Positions 30,881-32,000 of a stretch of 32,000 bases of DNA are shown in pieces; positions within the stretch are counted from its first letter, which is position 1, and the number at the start of each line of letters is the position of its first letter. The translations under genes and the position numbers were made by a program. The notes beneath the pieces are model-generated. The model did not search any database and was not told the origin of the DNA. It worked only from the letters and a program-made list of their open reading frames with translations. Source of the stretch: an archaeon (GTDB taxonomy: Archaea; Iainarchaeota; Iainarchaeia; Iainarchaeales; CSSED10-239); the NCBI GenBank assembly GCA_035400625.1, contig DAOMZT010000001.1, forward strand, positions 150,001 through 182,000. Reading direction: 5' to 3'.

Positions 30881-31882
30881 CTAGTTAAATAATAAATTAA
30901 TTAATAAACCTAAAGCGTATGATACAACTAAAACAGCAAAAGCAATAATCGTATTTTTAATAATTGTTTTTAGAATATTTTCGTTTTGGGCAATAGCTAT
31001 TAATAGATTTAAAAAAATAATTAATAATAAGCCCCAAATAATACTAACAATTATTGCAGAACTTAAAGAAAACAATAAAAACGGAAATATAAAGGACAAG
31101 GCAAAAATCAACTTGCCAATAAAAACATTGATTGCAGATTTAAGTGCTTGTTTTTTTGTTGTTCCTCTTTCTGAAATCTTTAAAGAATAAACACCTAAAG
31201 AATCAGATAAAGAATCTGCTATAGCAATACTTAAGATACCGCCAATCACAGCTAGCCTTGAAGCAGTAGCGCCCATTAACCCTACCATCACACCAAGTGT
31301 TGTTAATACTCCAGAAGATATGCCAAATGCAAACTTGCCAAAAACATCATAAAGCTTAGTGAACAAACGATCTATTGGCTTTTGTTTTTTAAGTAGCATA
31401 TCAAAGTAAGTTTGCTTTATTGGTTTTGATGTAATCTTTAATTTAGAGATTAAGGCATTCATTTCTCTTAATTTTGACTTGTCCAAAATTACAAACCCAA
31501 TAAATTTGCCTAAACCTTCAACATCATCAATATTGATAATTACAGAATGGTAAACATAGATGCTTCTTCTCTTATTAATTTGAAGCTCTTCAATATAGTT
31601 TTGGTTTAGATCTTTTACTTTTTTATCTAGAATCTTTCCAGTTATTTTTTGAGAATGTACAAATTCTTCTTTACCTAGGATATGCCGGTGGCTGTAAATA
31701 ATAGTGTCTGTATTTTTTTCTTTTCTAACTCTTAGGGTTTCGTTCGTTTTTTTGTGCTTGTAATATTTGTCTTCTTGAACAATTACCCCAATCTTCTTTG
31801 CACCAATGGCTAATAACTTGCTTCCAGAGATATTCTGCTTAAATGTTTTTGTAAATTCGTTAAATCCAGAGTTTTCTAACAT
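30881..31882 (-). CDS. Fusion protein: N-terminal CYTH/class IV adenylyl cyclase-like (TTM) domain + C-terminal VIT1/CCC1-family (DUF125) 5-TM transporter domain
   Basis: 333 aa. The N-terminal half has QEDKYY...ETLRVRKEKN...INKRRSIYVYHSVIINIDDVEGLGKFIGFVILD, as in CyaB/CYTH proteins (xKxRxxY...IxLDxVxGLGxFxEIE). The C-terminal half has GISSGVLTTLGVMVGL, ILSIAIADSLSDSLGVY and three further TM helices, as in VIT1/CCC1. Confidence 0.8.
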   Translation of the reverse strand: MLENSGFNEFTKTFKQNISGSKLLAIGAKKIGVIVQEDKYYKHKKTNETLRVRKEKNTDTIIYSHRHILGKEEFVHSQKITGKILDKKVKDLNQNYIEELQINKRRSIYVYHSVIINIDDVEGLGKFIGFVILDKSKLREMNALISKLKITSKPIKQTYFDMLLKKQKPIDRLFTKLYDVFGKFAFGISSGVLTTLGVMVGLMGATASRLAVIGGILSIAIADSLSDSLGVYSLKISERGTTKKQALKSAINVFIGKLIFALSFIFPFLLFSLSSAIIVSIIWGLLLIIFLNLLIAIAQNENILKTIIKNTIIAFAVLVVSYALGLLINLLFN

Positions 31883-31966
31883 ATATGCTCAAATTTAATA
31901 CTATATTTACTAACGATTAACTTTTAAAGTATTTAGTTCTCATAATTATATAGTGGTTTGATAAAA

Positions 31967-32000
31967 TGGCTAAAAAGAAAAAATCAGATAAACATTTAAG
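31967..32000 (+). CDS. Start of an unidentified ORF (MAKKKKSDKHL...) running off the window
   Basis: The ATG at 31967 is divergent from the CYTH-VIT1 gene. Only 11 codons are visible, so no identification is possible. Confidence 0.2.

Noticed and set aside
1-32000. Window-wide look for CRISPR arrays, transposases/integrases, rRNA genes, inteins and tRNA introns
   Set aside because: I saw no spaced direct repeats, no recombinase-like ORFs and no rRNA-like GC-rich stretches. RadA, TopoVI and ArgRS have normal lengths (no intein-sized insertions), and both tRNAs fold without introns. Long-range repeat detection by eye is limited.

Overview
This is a visibly AT-rich, very gene-dense archaeal chromosome segment. 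Many neighbouring genes overlap by 4 nt or sit within about 15 nt of each other. Most of the window is informational core. The minus strand carries the archaeal exosome/proteasome superoperon (psmA-SBDS-rrp4-rrp41-rrp42), preceded by tRNA-Arg(UCU)-argS-rpp30-pop5. Other core genes are radA, mre11, topoisomerase VI B/A, and a translation/ribosome-biogenesis cluster (aIF2beta-DUF424-unknown-aIF1A-Rio1-KH/Dim2). There is a compact fermentative module: porGDAB flanked by acetate kinase and an ADP-forming acetyl-CoA synthetase alpha subunit. There is also a minimal ISC Fe-S operon (ArsR-type regulator-iscS-iscU-DUF1858), a uracil/xanthine permease, Taw1, a MazE/MazF-like pair and two tRNAs (Arg-UCU, Cys-GCA). 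I found no rRNA, CRISPR array, transposase/integrase or obvious defence island. Gene content, compaction and Lys-rich low-complexity tails suggest a reduced-genome (DPANN-like) archaeon, but that is inference only. No single unambiguous novel system stands out. The best second-look candidates are listed below:
- taw1 abutted directly to a minimal [FeFe]-hydrogenase/Nar1-like H-domain protein.
- A CYTH-like domain (degenerate ExExK) fused to a VIT1/CCC1 transporter.
- An aIF1A with a eukaryote-like acidic C-terminal tail.
- An apparently circularly permuted membrane-anchored DsbA-like protein.
- A PpsA-like enzyme lacking the PEP/pyruvate TIM-barrel domain, coupled to a small basic ORF.
- An ArsR-type regulator with a His/Cys tail heading the isc operon.
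All homology calls come from by-eye motif recognition on the supplied translations, not from database searches.
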